DNA from: Eledone cirrhosa
Taxonomy: Eukaryota
NCBI GenBank assembly: GCA_964016885.1
Contig: OZ024741.1
Location: 83,204,001-83,268,000 of the forward strand
Direction: 5' to 3'
Length of the DNA: 64,000 nucleotides
The notes under the pieces were generated by a model. It was not told the DNA's origin. It ran no database searches and saw only the letters and a list, made by a program, of their open reading frames with translations. Below, piece by piece: positions 27,176 to 42,344 of the stretch; position 1 is the first letter of the stretch, and every line of letters begins with the position of its first letter. Made by a program: the position numbers and the translations under genes.

Positions 27176-29268
27176 CGAAGGAAATGTGGTAAGGAACCAG
27201 GTAGACCATAACGCACCAAAGTACTCAATACTTAGGGTAGTAGAGTGGGTAATAGGAAAGAGTAGGACATCGACGGCTGAGCTCAAGCCGTTTCGACGGC
27301 TAATTCTGGACTAAATGAAAATTGTTATCCTGGTATATGAATAGCCGACCTTCTCAGTGGGTAATTCCATAAATGGTAAAACTGATTGTCACAAGGATTG
27401 GTCAAAAGTTTGTTGTTGAGACACATAGTTCTATCATGGCAATTTGTGGGAGGAAGGGTTAGCTGAACCTGCCAGTAGAAGAAAGAGGGAGAGGGAGTGG
27501 AGGAAACTCAGTCGTGCGTTGATAGTGCCAACTACAGCAGGGCAAGAGGTCAAGCAAGTATACTAGGGAGGTGGAGGGGGAGGAAGTCGAAACAATAAGT
27601 AAATCAATATGGAGTAAATATATAGAAGAATACCAAGAATGTTAAAAATATAAAAAAAACAATTTCTGGTTACTATTCCATAACGACAGTCATCAAGTCT
27701 CTCACTGGTACTGCTAAACTATAGAAAAGTTTACTAGGTGGGACGGAATTGTAAAGAGACCATTTTAAGAGTTAGTAGTAAACGACCGAGTATATCTTAC
27801 GGTGACAGGTCAACAAGTGGGGGCCAAAATACTAATGAAACTACCACGAAATAATAATTCAGAGGCCCGAAACTAATACGAAATAATTGCCTCCACCCTA
27901 GGCACCATGCCGGCAACCAGCCAGTGCAAAAAATAAACTAATACGAAATAATAATTCAGAATCCCGAAAATGAATACTAATACTATCTCTAAGGGTGCCG
28001 CTACGATACAAAAATTCTAGTGCAAACTACATAAATTCTCGTACGAGGTTTATGAAAAATTTGAGGCTGTAACACCCCACTTGCCGACTTTGTAATGGGT
28101 AACCCCTGCTTGCAAAGGTAGACGTAAGATCTTCTTTCATACCTTTTTATCGTTTCCTCTATATTTCCTTCTTCCCCCAATCCCTTCCTAGTCCTTCCTC
28201 CCCAGTCCTCCTTCTTTGTCGTCGTCCTTTTCATTTTCTCGCCCACCCGAGGTAGCCCCTCGGTCTTTTGCAGCCTCAGTACCCCCACCCCATCTCCTAT
28301 TCTATGATAGAATTGGCCGACTCCGCTTTTTATAGCAGATGTGATAGACCCCAGATACTTCGTTTCTTATCCGATGGCTGCTCCATTTCCGTGCTTTCTA
28401 CATTTATTAGTGGTATCTCTGCTTTAATTTCTCGTATATCAGTATTTTTTTTTTCTGAATTAATTTTCCGTATCAAATTTTTCATATACCTCGTACGAGA
28501 ACTTATGTAGTTTGCACTAGAATTTTGTATCGTAGCGGCACCCTTAGAGTAAGTATTAGTATTCATTTTCGGGATTCTGAATTATTATTTCGTATTTGTT
28601 TATTGTTTGCACTGGGTGGTTGCTGGCCTTGTGCCTAGGGTGGAGGCAATTATTTCGTATTAGTTTCGGGACTCTGAATTAATATTTCGTGGCAGTTTCT
28701 TTAGTATTTTGGCCCTCCACTTGTTGACCTGTCACCGTAAGATATACTCAGTCGATTACTACTAACTCTTAAAATGGTCTCTTTACAATTCCGTCCCACC
28801 TAGTAAACTTGTTTATAGTTTAGCAGTACCAGTGAGACACTTGATGACTGTCGTTAGGGAATAGTTACCAGCAATTTTTTTTTATATTTTTAACATTCTT
28901 GGTATTCTTCTATATATTTACTCCATATTGATTTACTTATTGTTTCGACTTCTTCCCCCACCCTAGTATACTTGCTTGACCTCCTTCCCTCCTGTAGTTG
29001 GTACTATCAACGCACGACTGGGTTTCCGCCACCCCTCTTTCTTCTACTGGCAGGTTCAGCTACCCCTTCCTCCCACAAATTGCCATGATAGAACTATGTG
29101 TATCAACAACAAAATTTTGACTAATCCTTGTGACAATCACTTTTACCATATATGGAATTACCACCTGAGAAGGTCGGCTATTCGTATACCAGGATAAAAA
29201 CGTTCACTTAGTCCAGAATTAGCCGTCGATACGGCTTGAGCTCAGCCGTCGGGATCCTACTCGTTCCT
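27173..29268 (-). mobile_element. Non-coding fold-back PLE-like element A
   Basis: Tail 27173-27250; inverted arms 27251-28064 and 28473-29268; (TA)n flanks; HHR-like motif at about 27265-27365 (-) and 29160-29256 (+). Confidence 0.8.
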
Positions 29269-29286
29269 ATATATATATATATGTAT

Positions 29287-29379
<93 letters not shown>

Positions 29380-29564
29380 GATAAATCTACCAAGAGTTTA
29401 CGGTAGTGTCCAATCCGTATGAAGAACTCAATGTATTCCGGATATCATGGAAAGAAGAGATGTAATGAAAAATCACTTTCGGTGAAAGATAAACGGTATA
29501 CAGAGTCAAGATAAAATATTAAACAAATAATGAATAAACAATTCCTTATATTAAACAAAAAAAG

Positions 29565-29718
29565 TTCATTATTTAACGATCGTTTCTAGGATATATATGT
29601 GTTAGAATTGGTATGCATATTCAACAGATCTATGTACAAAATTATACAAAATTATACAAATTATCAAGATTAAATATACATACCAACACATATATACGCC
29701 GTCTTCAGAAATAATGAA
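29565..29718 (-). ncRNA. Type I HHR, inverted copy of 35134-35287
   Basis: Reverse complement of the same motif. Confidence 0.8.
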
Positions 29719-30386
29719 GTATATTTATTGATAATAACAACAATTCAAAATTTCAGGTCCGTTTGGGAACAAAATTGACCAATGAAAACACAAAGGGTTA
29801 AATGCAGTTCGGTGTGTGTATATACATGTAAAACCCTTACACATATTTTACAAAAATTTATGTATAATTTGTATACGCATACTAAAAGGATGGATGCAAA
29901 TACAAAATTTCAAGGTTAATGTCTCTGTAGGTTTATAATGCACAGATAAGATGCGTATTGACACTTTTGAAATTAAGTATATAAATATATTTTTTCATAC
30001 ACACACATATCCGTACAATCACACATACACGCGCGTATATGCATAAATATACACATAACCACGAACATACAAACACACACACACCCCCACTCACATTTAT
30101 ATATGTGGATATAAAATCATAAGCACATGGATATTAATTCACTCACATAAAACACTGGCACACACATTTTTAGATCAAGATACAGAAATTAGGTGGGAGG
30201 GGGGGGGGAGAGGTCAGTGTTCAACGGTCTGAGCTGACTGCCTAATATAGATGTATCAATAAAATAAGAAAATAATAAATAAATAAACATTAAAGAGGAA
30301 AGAATAGAAAGAAAACAGAAAAAAGAAAAAAGAAAAAAGAAATATATCAAGAAAATAAATATATATATATACATATATACACATAG

Positions 30387-30417
<31 letters not shown>

Positions 30418-30600
30418 TATATATATATAATATACATATATATACACATATACACACATACACACATACATAAATATACACACATATACAAACACATACA
30501 TACATATACACACATCCACACTAAGAACATACATACACACACATATATAAACATATACATATACACACATACATACATATACACATATACATACAAATAC

Positions 30601-30663
<63 letters not shown>

Positions 30664-31031
30664 TATGTATATACACGTACATATACACACACTTATACAT
30701 ATGATCACACATACTATATAGACACAGATATATATAACCACACACATACATGCACATATACAACACTTACATACTAATATACATACAGATATACACATAC
30801 ATAGCTATATATACACACAAATATATACAGACTTACATATATACATACAGACAAATACTTACGCATCTATATATCGGTATATACATACAAACACCACTAC
30901 ACTATCACACAACTTAGAAATACAAAGAGAAAGGTATATACCTATACACACATACATATACAAATAGAAAAACATATAGATATATATATATATATATATA
31001 CACACACATATACATATACATATATATATAT

Positions 31032-31071
<40 letters not shown>

Positions 31072-31291
31072 CATATACACATACACACACATACACATAT
31101 ACACACATACATACATGTACACACACATAGAAATATATACGCATACACACATACACACATACATATAAAGTCATACACACACATACACCTACACGAACAT
31201 ACACATACACATATATAAAGATATATATACACACACACACACACACAACACATACACACATACATATATATATAAAAAAAATAAATAATAA

Positions 31292-31326
<35 letters not shown>

Positions 31327-32639
31327 CATATATATATATATAAAATTAGTATCCTTATACAGACGAATTGCAGAATGTCATGTAATCATAGAATGGGATG
31401 TGTTTTGGATATATACCTAGTTAATATATTCTATGCAATTTTTTGAAAAAGATATGTATATGTATATGTGTATGTGTATGTGTGTGTGTATGTATGTGTG
31501 TATATATGTGTATATATATATATATGTGTGTATATATATATGTATATATGTATATGTATGTATATGTATATGTATATGTATTAATTTTGATTTCTATTTG
31601 CATATAATTATATTATGCTATTGATAAAATACAATATCTGCTTTATGTATTATATACCTAATTAACATATACTATAGAAATAAATATATAATTTTTAATT
31701 TAGTTAACCTATTTTATATTCTACTACCGATGTAATACTTTATTTTATTTGTTTTTTCCCTATTACTAAATTCATTTCCTAATATTGATACCATAACGTT
31801 ATTAACTTTAATTTAGTTATACTATAATTAATACTCTACTACTATTTAACTTCAAAATTCTGCTTCAAATATTATAAACCTAACTAATTTACACCTTAGA
31901 AATCAATATGTTAACTATCTTTGGTTTAGTTAACATATAATTAATGGTATACTTGTTTATTTTGAGATGCATAGATTTTGCCTTAGTTCTTGTTTGTTGT
32001 ATTTCCTAACACTGAAACTATGTAAAAACATACATTGGATAAAGATACGGAAAATATTCTATGTTTCTTGAAACATATATTTACTATGATCCCCTTCTCC
32101 AAACCCCCCCTTTCCCCCATACTATTATCATCTGTATTTGTAAGCGTGTATGTATGAAAATATATTTGTAGGTAGGTGTCTATATAGGTTTGGGTATTTA
32201 TATCTAAATATAAAAATACATATATGCGCATGCAAATATGAATGTAAGATTGTGTGAGTATATATGAGTGTGTGTATGTATGTATATATGTGTATATATG
32301 CATGTATATATGTATGTGTATGTGAATGTGTTATGTATATGTGTATGTATATATATATATATATGTATATGTGTGTATATATGTGTATATGGGAATATAT
32401 ATATATATATATATATGTATATGTATATGTGTGTGTATGTATGTGTGTGTATGTGTGTTGTGTATATATATGTATGTCTCTCTATTTATATGTCTATCTT
32501 CGTATCTATGCGATATATGTGTGTGTGTGTGCATGTATGCACATATATGTGTTTATGTGTATATATGTGTATGTGTGTATATATGTGTGTGTGCACACAC
32601 ATATATATGTGAGTGTGTATATATGTCTGTGTATATGTA

Positions 32640-32687
<48 letters not shown>

Positions 32688-32773
32688 TGGCTATGTGTGA
32701 ATATATGTCTATATTCGTGTGTGTGTATATATGTATGTATATGTTTATATGTATATATATATATATATATATG

Positions 32774-32812
<39 letters not shown>

Positions 32813-33065
32813 TTTTATTATTATAATATAACTTATGTGTATGTGTGTATATGTGAGGTTGTGTATGTGTATATAATATGTGTATATATAAGTGTAAAAA
32901 AATATATATATATATGTGCATGTCTGTTTTTTATGTGTGTGTATATATATATATATATATGCGTGTGTATATATATATATGTATATGTGGGTGTTTGTAT
33001 GTGTAATTATGGTGGTATGAGTGTGTGGGTATCTATATATATATATATGTATGAATGTATGTGTG

Positions 33066-33118
<53 letters not shown>

Positions 33119-33473
33119 CTATATATATATCTCTATTAATGCGTGTATATATGTATATGCATATGCCTTTTTATTTTTATTTGTATGTCTGAGTTAGGTG
33201 AGGTTGTAGTGGTGTTTTTATGTATATACGCATATATGGATGCGTATGTATTTGTATATATGAGTATAAGTAAGTACATATGTATGTATGATTATATATC
33301 TAATTCTATGTATGAATATACATGTATATATATGTGTGTATGTAAGATGTGTGTGTATGTATGTATATGTCTATGTGTGTATATATATATGTATGTATAT
33401 CGATGTACGTGTATGTATGTACATGTATGTATATGTATGTGTGTATGTATGTGTATGTATATTTGTGTGTATG

Positions 33474-33548
<75 letters not shown>

Positions 33549-33768
33549 TTATTATTTATTTTTTTTATATATATATGTATGTGTGTATGTGTTGTGTGTG
33601 TGTGTGTGTGTATATATATCTTTATATATGTGTATGTGTATGTTCGTGTAGGTGTATGTGTGTGTATGACTTTATATGTATGTGTGTATGTGTGTATGCG
33701 TATATATTTCTATGTGTGTGTACATGTATGTATGTGTGTATATGTGTATGTGTGTGTATGTGTATATG

Positions 33769-33806
<38 letters not shown>

Positions 33807-34174
33807 ATATATATATATGTATATGTATATGTGTGTGTATATATATATATATATATATCTATATGTTTTTCTATTTGTATATGTATGTGTGTATAGGTAT
33901 ATACCTTTCTCTTTGTATTTCTAAGTTGTGTGATAGTGTAGTGGTGTTTGTATGTATATACCGATATATAGATGCGTAAGTATTTGTCTGTATGTATATA
34001 TGTAAGTCTGTATATATTTGTGTGTATATATAGCTATGTATGTGTATATCTGTATGTATATTAGTATGTAAGTGTTGTATATGTGCATGTATGTGTGTGG
34101 TTATATATATCTGTGTCTATATAGTATGTGTGATCATATGTATAAGTGTGTGTATATGTACGTGTATATACATA

Positions 34175-34237
<63 letters not shown>

Positions 34238-34420
34238 GTATTTGTATGTATATGTGTATATGTATGTATGTGTGTATATGTATATGTTTATATATGTGTG
34301 TGTATGTATGTTCTTAGTGTGGATGTGTGTATATGTATGTATGTGTTTGTATATGTGTGTATATTTATGTATGTGTGTATGTGTGTATATGTGTATATAT
34401 ATGTATATTATATATATATA

Positions 34421-34456
<36 letters not shown>

Positions 34457-35133
34457 TGTGTATATATGTATATATATATATTTATTTTCTTGATATATTT
34501 CTTTTTTCTTTTTTCTTTTTTCTTTTTTCTGTTTTCTTTCTATTCTTTCCTCTTTAATGTTTATTTATTTATTATTTTCTTAGTTTATAGATACATCTAT
34601 ATTAGGCAGTCAGCTCAGACCGTTGAACACTGACCTCTCCCCCCCCCCCCCCCTCCCACCTAATTTCTGTATCTTGATCTAAAAATGTGTGTGCCAGTGT
34701 TTTATGTGAGTGAATTAATATCCATGTGCTTATGATTTTATATCCACATATATAAATGTGAGTGGGGGTGTGTGTGTGTTTGTATGTTCGTGGTTATGTG
34801 TATATTTATGCATATACGCGCGTGTATGTGTGATTGTACGGATATGTGTGTGTATGAAAAAATATATTTATATACTTAATTTCAAAAGTGTCAATACGCA
34901 TCTTATCTGTGCATTATAAACCTACAGAGACATTAACCTTGAAATTTTGTATTTGCATCCATCCTTTTAGTATGCGTATACAAATTATACATACATTTTT
35001 GTAAAATATGTGTAAGGGTTTTACATGTATATACACACACCGAACTGCATTTAACCCTTTGTGTTTTCATTGGTCAATTTTGTTCCCAAACGGACCTGAA
35101 ATTTTGAATTGTTGTTATTATCAATAAATATAC

Positions 35134-35287
35134 TTCATTATTTCTGAAGACGGCGTATATATGTGTTGGTATGTATATTTAATCTTGATAATTTGTATAA
35201 TTTTGTATAATTTTGTACATAGATCTGTTGAATATGCATACCAATTCTAACACATATATATCCTAGAAACGATCGTTAAATAATGAA
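35134..35287 (+). ncRNA. Type I HHR with long stem II
   Basis: ttcattattt-CTGAAGA-[tatatatgtgtt..ggtatg/catacc..aacacatatata]-GAAAC-gatc-GTT-aaataatgaa; perfect 10 bp stem I; palindromic loop 3. Confidence 0.8.
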
Positions 35288-35333
35288 CTTTTTTTGTTTA
35301 ATATAAGGAATTGTTTATTCATTATTTGTTTTA

Positions 35334-35426
<93 letters not shown>

Positions 35427-35463
35427 ATACATATATATATATATATATATACATATACTTATG

Positions 35464-35588
<125 letters not shown>

Positions 35589-35686
35589 TTTTTTGGCTCT
35601 GTTTAACTGCATTGAGCTATACCTTTTACTGTCATTTCTATAATACGAAGAGGGTGTTTAACTCCAACACGCTCCAGTATTCTAAT

Positions 35687-35747
<61 letters not shown>

Positions 35748-35872
35748 TTTTATTTAGGCTAAAGAGTGTGTCTTGTTACGTTACACTGGAATTTCATGTG
35801 TTTATCACAGGGTCGCCAGACAAGATCGGAGATCTAGCTAATACAATGGGAAAACACCCTTCAACTAAACAT

Positions 35873-36459
<587 letters not shown>

Positions 36460-36482
36460 TATGTATATATATATATATATAC

Positions 36483-37425
36483 ATATTAACGGAGCCATAG
36501 GCTCTCGCCGTTCCCTGTAAATAATGTGCTCAAAGAGAGAAAATCCTGGGCACTTTAAAATACAAAAGGTTGAAAAGGAAACACACTAGAGAGAGATACA
36601 GTGCGCCATCAATAAAACAGGGAAAAACCACCAGTGTATGGAATCGATATTCTATGGAAGGCAGAATGTAGACACGATAATTAAAAATATAAATTTAAGC
36701 GTAAATAAATACATCTATAACTATATAACACACGTACAAATCCAAAGTGATCTGTTTCGCTAGTAAGTTGTTGACGGAAATAAAATAACCCAGGCTCATT
36801 AGCGTGTGTTAGGCTATACATTTCAGACAACACTAAGATAATTTTTACAGCGGCCGTCCAACTACACGTGGGAGAGAGAAGTTACAGCAGTGAACCAGTG
36901 GCATCTGAGGGACGAGCTGCTAGAAAGGGAAGCCCACAAACACTCAGAGAAGTGTGCTCAACCAAACAGAGAGAGAGGTAAACGACTGTTATAAGGAGCA
37001 AAATATCCCGATACATTAACGGAGCCATAGACTCTCGCCATTCCCTGTAAATAATGTGCTCAAAGGAGAGGAAATCCTGGGCACTTTAAAATACAATATT
37101 GCCCTTAAACACGCTGTAACTTCTCTCTCCCACGTGTAGTTGGACAGCCGCTTTAACAATTCTCTTAGTGTCTGAAATGTTTAGCCTAACACACGCTGAT
37201 GAACCTGGGTTATTTTATTTCCGTCAACAACTTACTGGCGAAACAGATCACTTTGGATCTGTATGTGTGTTATATAGTTATAGAGGTATTCCTTTACGCT
37301 TTAATTTATATTTTTAATTATCGTGTATATTCTGCCTTCCATAGGTTATATATTCCATACACTGGTGGTTCTTTTCCCTGTTTTATTGATGGCGTACTGT
37401 ATCTCTCTCTAGTGTGTTACCTTTT

Positions 37426-37429
<4 letters not shown>
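36483..37429 (-). mobile_element. Retrozyme-like fold-back element D (about 530 bp monomer)
   Basis: Tail 36486-36565 directly repeated at 37015-37096; inverted arms 36569-36888 and 37113-37429; related tail inverted at 49264-49341. Confidence 0.8.
37187..37272 (+). ncRNA. Type I HHR (inverted copy at 36726-36811 has CTAATGA)
   Basis: taacacacg-CTGATGA-..-GAAAC-agatc(actttg)gatct-GTA-tgtgtgtta; 9 bp stem I and full stem III. Confidence 0.8.
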
Positions 37430-37456
<27 letters not shown>

Positions 37457-37460
<4 letters not shown>

Positions 37461-37975
37461 AAAGAATAGAGGTGTAACACACAAGTTATTATATATTGGT
37501 AAACGGAATAGAAAATGCTGACAAATTGTTCACAGTTGAAAAATGGTTTAATTAGGAATAAAAGAGTATTAGTGATTGTATGGGTTAGTATTCAGTTGTG
37601 GTTTTAAGTTTTTAAGTTTTTACCGGTTGCGCATTTCTAAATGCTTTTCAAAAATAATTTTGAGATAGAGTGTCCGTGCTGTTTGCTCTGATCTGATTAG
37701 TTTTGGGAATTCTACCTGTTTTTATGTTTAAAAAATGGCTCCAGCGTTATTTTTGTGTTGTAAAAATGCTTGTGGTCAAAACAATTTTGATTGGTCGGTA
37801 GAGGTCATGTGAATGTAAAAAGTTGATTTTGCGCCAAGACTGTTTTTATGTTAAAATGTTAGAAAAGTGGCTCCAGCAAAGATTATGGTCAAAACAATTT
37901 TGATTGGTCGGTAGAGGTCATGTGGATAAAAAATTGGTTTTGCGCCAAGATTGAGAAATGACTCTTTCACAACAA

Positions 37976-38019
<44 letters not shown>

Positions 38020-38085
38020 TAGTAGTAAGGTATTCGATGCTGCGACAATAGCCACCAGCGATGTGTGTCAAATGGCTATTAAGAT

Positions 38086-38121
<36 letters not shown>

Positions 38122-38430
38122 ACACACACACAGCAGAGTCATTCGAAGGTCAAAAGATATTTTTCAGCTTTTGTCTTATACGGAGAAGTGCGTGTGTGTG
38201 TGTGTGTGTGTGTGTATAAGTCTCTTTGTATGTTGATGTACGCGTGTGTATGTGTCTGTGTATACATGTGTGTGTGTGTGTGTGTGTGTGCGTGTGTGGG
38301 TGGACCAGTATTTTTTTCCCCCCCTGGTAAAATGGTGTACATTATTCGATTTTTTCAGTAAAATCGGTTCTCTTAATAGAACATCAACAATCTTAACAAT
38401 AAAAGGTGTGAAATGATATTCACTATATAC

Positions 38431-38474
<44 letters not shown>

Positions 38475-41400
38475 TGTTTCACTACATACATATATATATA
38501 TATATATACATATATACATACATATATATGCACATATATTTTTTTGTATTGCACCATAGAGCATGTGTGTTTACGTGTGTCATTGTGTTTATATGTGGGT
38601 AGAGATGTGTGCTGATGTAGGTATGTATGTTGACGTGTGTATGTTGTGGGTTCGTCTTAGGGAGAAGTGTTTAGACGGGGTCCGTATTTGTTAATGAAGT
38701 AAGATTCCTTGCTGATGCGCTGGGTGTGGGTGGCATTATCTTTAAATTTGTAGAGGGGGAAGATTCTGAAGTTGGGATGATTTTGGGCGGCGCAGGTATC
38801 AATGTGTTCACTCAGTGGTATTTTCCTGTATTCCCGTATTTTAATTTGGGATCTATGGACAGTCATGCGTTGGCGGAGGCTGTTTTTGGTCTGGCCTATG
38901 TATTGTTCTCGACAACCTGAACAAGTTAATACATATATTAAATTTTCCGATGCACATGTGAAATTGTGTTTTACTATAAAACGTTGTCCATCTTTGAAAT
39001 AGAATTCCGAACCCTCTATTAGGTTGATGCAAATGCCACAGTTGGGTCTATCGCATTTTTTTACTGTGGGTTTCGTTGTTGTGGTTGGCAGTACTTTGGC
39101 ATGTGTTAAGATGTTTTTCATTGACTTGGATTGTCTTTTGCTTTTTATGATATCGTGTGTTCGTAGAATTTGGTTCATTCTATGGTCCTTTTTCAATACA
39201 GGGATGTTCTGGAGGATGGTGTCAAAGGCCTCGTTGTTGAGGGGGTTGTGTGTGGAGATGTATGGAAGAGCTTTTAGTTTTGGTTGATTTACTTTAGGGT
39301 GTCTAAGGTCCTGGGTACTGAGTTTTAGGGCACGTTGGATTCCATTGTCAATTAGTGATGCAGGGTAGTCCCTGCCTATGAGTGTGTCCTTTAGTTCTTG
39401 TAGCCGTAAGTAGCAGATGTTTTTATTGGAGACTATAGTACAGATTCTCTTGGCTAAGTTGTAGGGAATATTAATTTTAACGTGTCTAGGGTGGCAAGAG
39501 TTGAAGGGGAGGTATTGCTTGGAGTCTGTGGGCTTGTAGTATATGTCTGTTTCTATTTTTTTGTTATGGATCTTAATGAGGATGTCGAGGAAGGGGAGTT
39601 GTTGATGGCTGTATTCCATTGTGAAGTTAATATTTGTGTTGAGCCCATTTATAAGGGTGTGAAATTCTTTAAGTTTTTCGATGTTTTCGTGCCAAAGGAT
39701 GAAGCAGTCATCAAGATATCGCTTCCAGTTCCTTTCAATGTGTAAGTGGAGGGTGTTTCCAAATTTGTTTAGGACTTTAGTGTAGGGGGTGATTTCCAGG
39801 TATCCCATGACTAGGTTGGCATACGTAGGGGCTGTTTTCGTTCCCATAGCGGTCCCAGATTTCTGCCTGTAGGGTTTGTTATTGAAAACGAAGTAATTGT
39901 TCTCCAAGATAAATTTGAGTCCCTCTATCACGAATTCTTTTTTGATGCGTTGTGGGAGTTCATTGTGGAAGTTATCCAGCCAGAATTGGATAGCTTCTAT
40001 TCCTAGGTTGTGGGGGATGTTGGAGTATAGGTTGACTACATCGAACGTCACTAGTAGGGTTTGTTCAGAAAGTGGCATATTAGGGAGGTGATTGAGCATA
40101 TCTAGGTCGTCCCTTATATAGCTTTTGATGTGCTTGAGGAAGGGTTTGAGAAGGGTATCAATGAAGTTGCTAAGACGGTGCGTTTCGCATGCGGGGCCTG
40201 CTATTATAGGTCTTAATTTGAGATCATTGGGTGAGGGGACATTGATGACTATGTCTGTGGCTTCCTTGCATGCCTTACTGATTGATTCGCTTTTATGTAC
40301 TTTAGGGATACCGTAGAAAAGGCTGGATTTACTTGTGAAGTCTGTGATGAAGCTGAATTCCTTGTTAGTGAGTCCTTCTTTGTATTGGTTGATTAGAGTT
40401 TTTAGGTTTCTCATAATTTTCTGTTGATTGTAGTGTTCAGCCTTTTCGTAGTATGTTTCGTTTTCCAAAGTGGAGAGCGCTAAGTTGATATAGAATTCTG
40501 TCTCCATTAGGACTACTGTACTCCCTTTATCAGCCTCTTTGATTGTAATGGTTCTGTCGGTTTTTAATCTATTTAATTCTTCCCATTCTTTCTTGTTGAG
40601 GTTTGGCTTGTGTTTTTGTCTGTGCAAGTGTTGGTAAGGGAAGTTTGTGATGTGTTCACAGAATTCGTCCAGGATTTTATTTCTACCTTTTGAAGGGGTG
40701 TAATTGCTTCTATTTCTGGCTAATGATTCATCCTCATTGTACTGGTCGAATAGTTGTTCACTAAGTCGTAACTTTCTACAGAAGTCTGTGATGTCTTCCT
40801 TCATTTCATAGTAGTTAGGACGTAGTGGGGTCGGTGTGAATTTAAGACCTTTGGAGAGTAAGTTGATAAGGTTGGGTGTTGGTTCTGCACTAGTAAGATT
40901 GATAATTTTTATTACTATCGGTTTCTCCTCCCTGTCTTGTGTTATTTTGTTTGCCTGTATCTGTGTGCTGTGTCTAAAAAAATGGTTGGGGTAGAGGGGT
41001 TGTCTGCTGATGTTAAGTGGTCTCCTGTGCTTGTTATATTCCTTGTTGTTGTAAAATGTGGTTCGGGTTGGTGGTTGTAGATTGAATGGGGTGTTCCTGT
41101 ACTGCGAGTATGGGTGTGTGTTTCTATGTGCCATGTTGTATTGTGGTGTTATAAGTGGCCTACGTTGTTGGTTGTATCGTGTGGTGTGGGTTTGTTGTGT
41201 ATTGTGGAAGTGAGAGTTGAGAAAATGGTAATTACCTTGCTGTCCCCTTGAGGCGGGGAAGTTGTTGCATCTATCATGGCGGTGGTATCTTTTCCCTATG
41301 TTTGACGATGAGGAATCCGCGTAGTAGTTGAGTGATTTGGTATGGTGTCTCCTTGAAGGGGGAAAGTTGTAAATGTCATTCTGGGGGAGATGTTGTCGAG

Positions 41401-41833
41401 AACAATACATAGGCCAGACCAAAAACAGCCTCCGCCAACGCATGACTGTCCATAGATCCCAAATTAAAATACGGGAATACAGGAAAATACCACTGAGTGA
41501 ACACATTGATACCTGCGCCGCCCAAAATCATCCCAACTTCAGAATCTTCCCCCTCTACAAATTTAAAGATAATGCCACCCACACCCAGCGCATCAGCAAG
41601 GAATCTTACTTCATTAACAAATACGGACCCCGTCTAAACACTTCTCCCTAAGACGAACCCACAACATACACACGTCAACATACATACCTACATCAGCACA
41701 CATCTCTACCCACATATAAACACAATGACACACGTAAACACACATGCTCTATGGTGCAATACAAAAAAATATATGTGCATATATATGTATGTATATATGT
41801 ATATATATATATATATATGTATGTAGTGAAAAA

Positions 41834-41877
<44 letters not shown>

Positions 41878-42012
41878 GTATATAGTGAATATCATTTCAC
41901 ACCTTTTATTGTTAAGATTGTTGATGTTCTATTAAGAGAACCGATTTTACTGAAAAAATCGAATAATGTACACCATTTTACCAGGGGGGGAAAAAAATAC
42001 TGGTCCACCCAC

Positions 42013-42049
<37 letters not shown>

Positions 42050-42190
42050 TACACAGACACATACACACGCGTACATCAACATACAAAGAGACTTATACAC
42101 ACACACACACACACACACACGCACTTCTCCGTATAAGACAAAAGCTGAAAAATATCTTTTGACCTTCGAATGACTCTGCTGTGTGTGTGT

Positions 42191-42228
<38 letters not shown>

Positions 42229-42294
42229 ATCTTAATAGCCATTTGACACACATCGCTGGTGGCTATTGTCGCAGCATCGAATACCTTACTACTA

Positions 42295-42344
<50 letters not shown>

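Larger units (their letters stand above)
29377..35338 (-). mobile_element. Large microsatellite-rich fold-back element B
   Basis: Tail 29377-29512; near-identical inverted arms about 29515-31341 and 33495-35338; HHR in each arm; tail recurs inverted at 55639-55700. Confidence 0.85.

Noticed and set aside
28330-28566. 78 aa ORF in the spacer of element A
   Set aside because: No recognisable motif; short and partly within the inverted arm
41392-41506. N-terminal ~38 aa of the 949 aa ORF
   Set aside because: Antisense read-through of the inverted arm, not the native start
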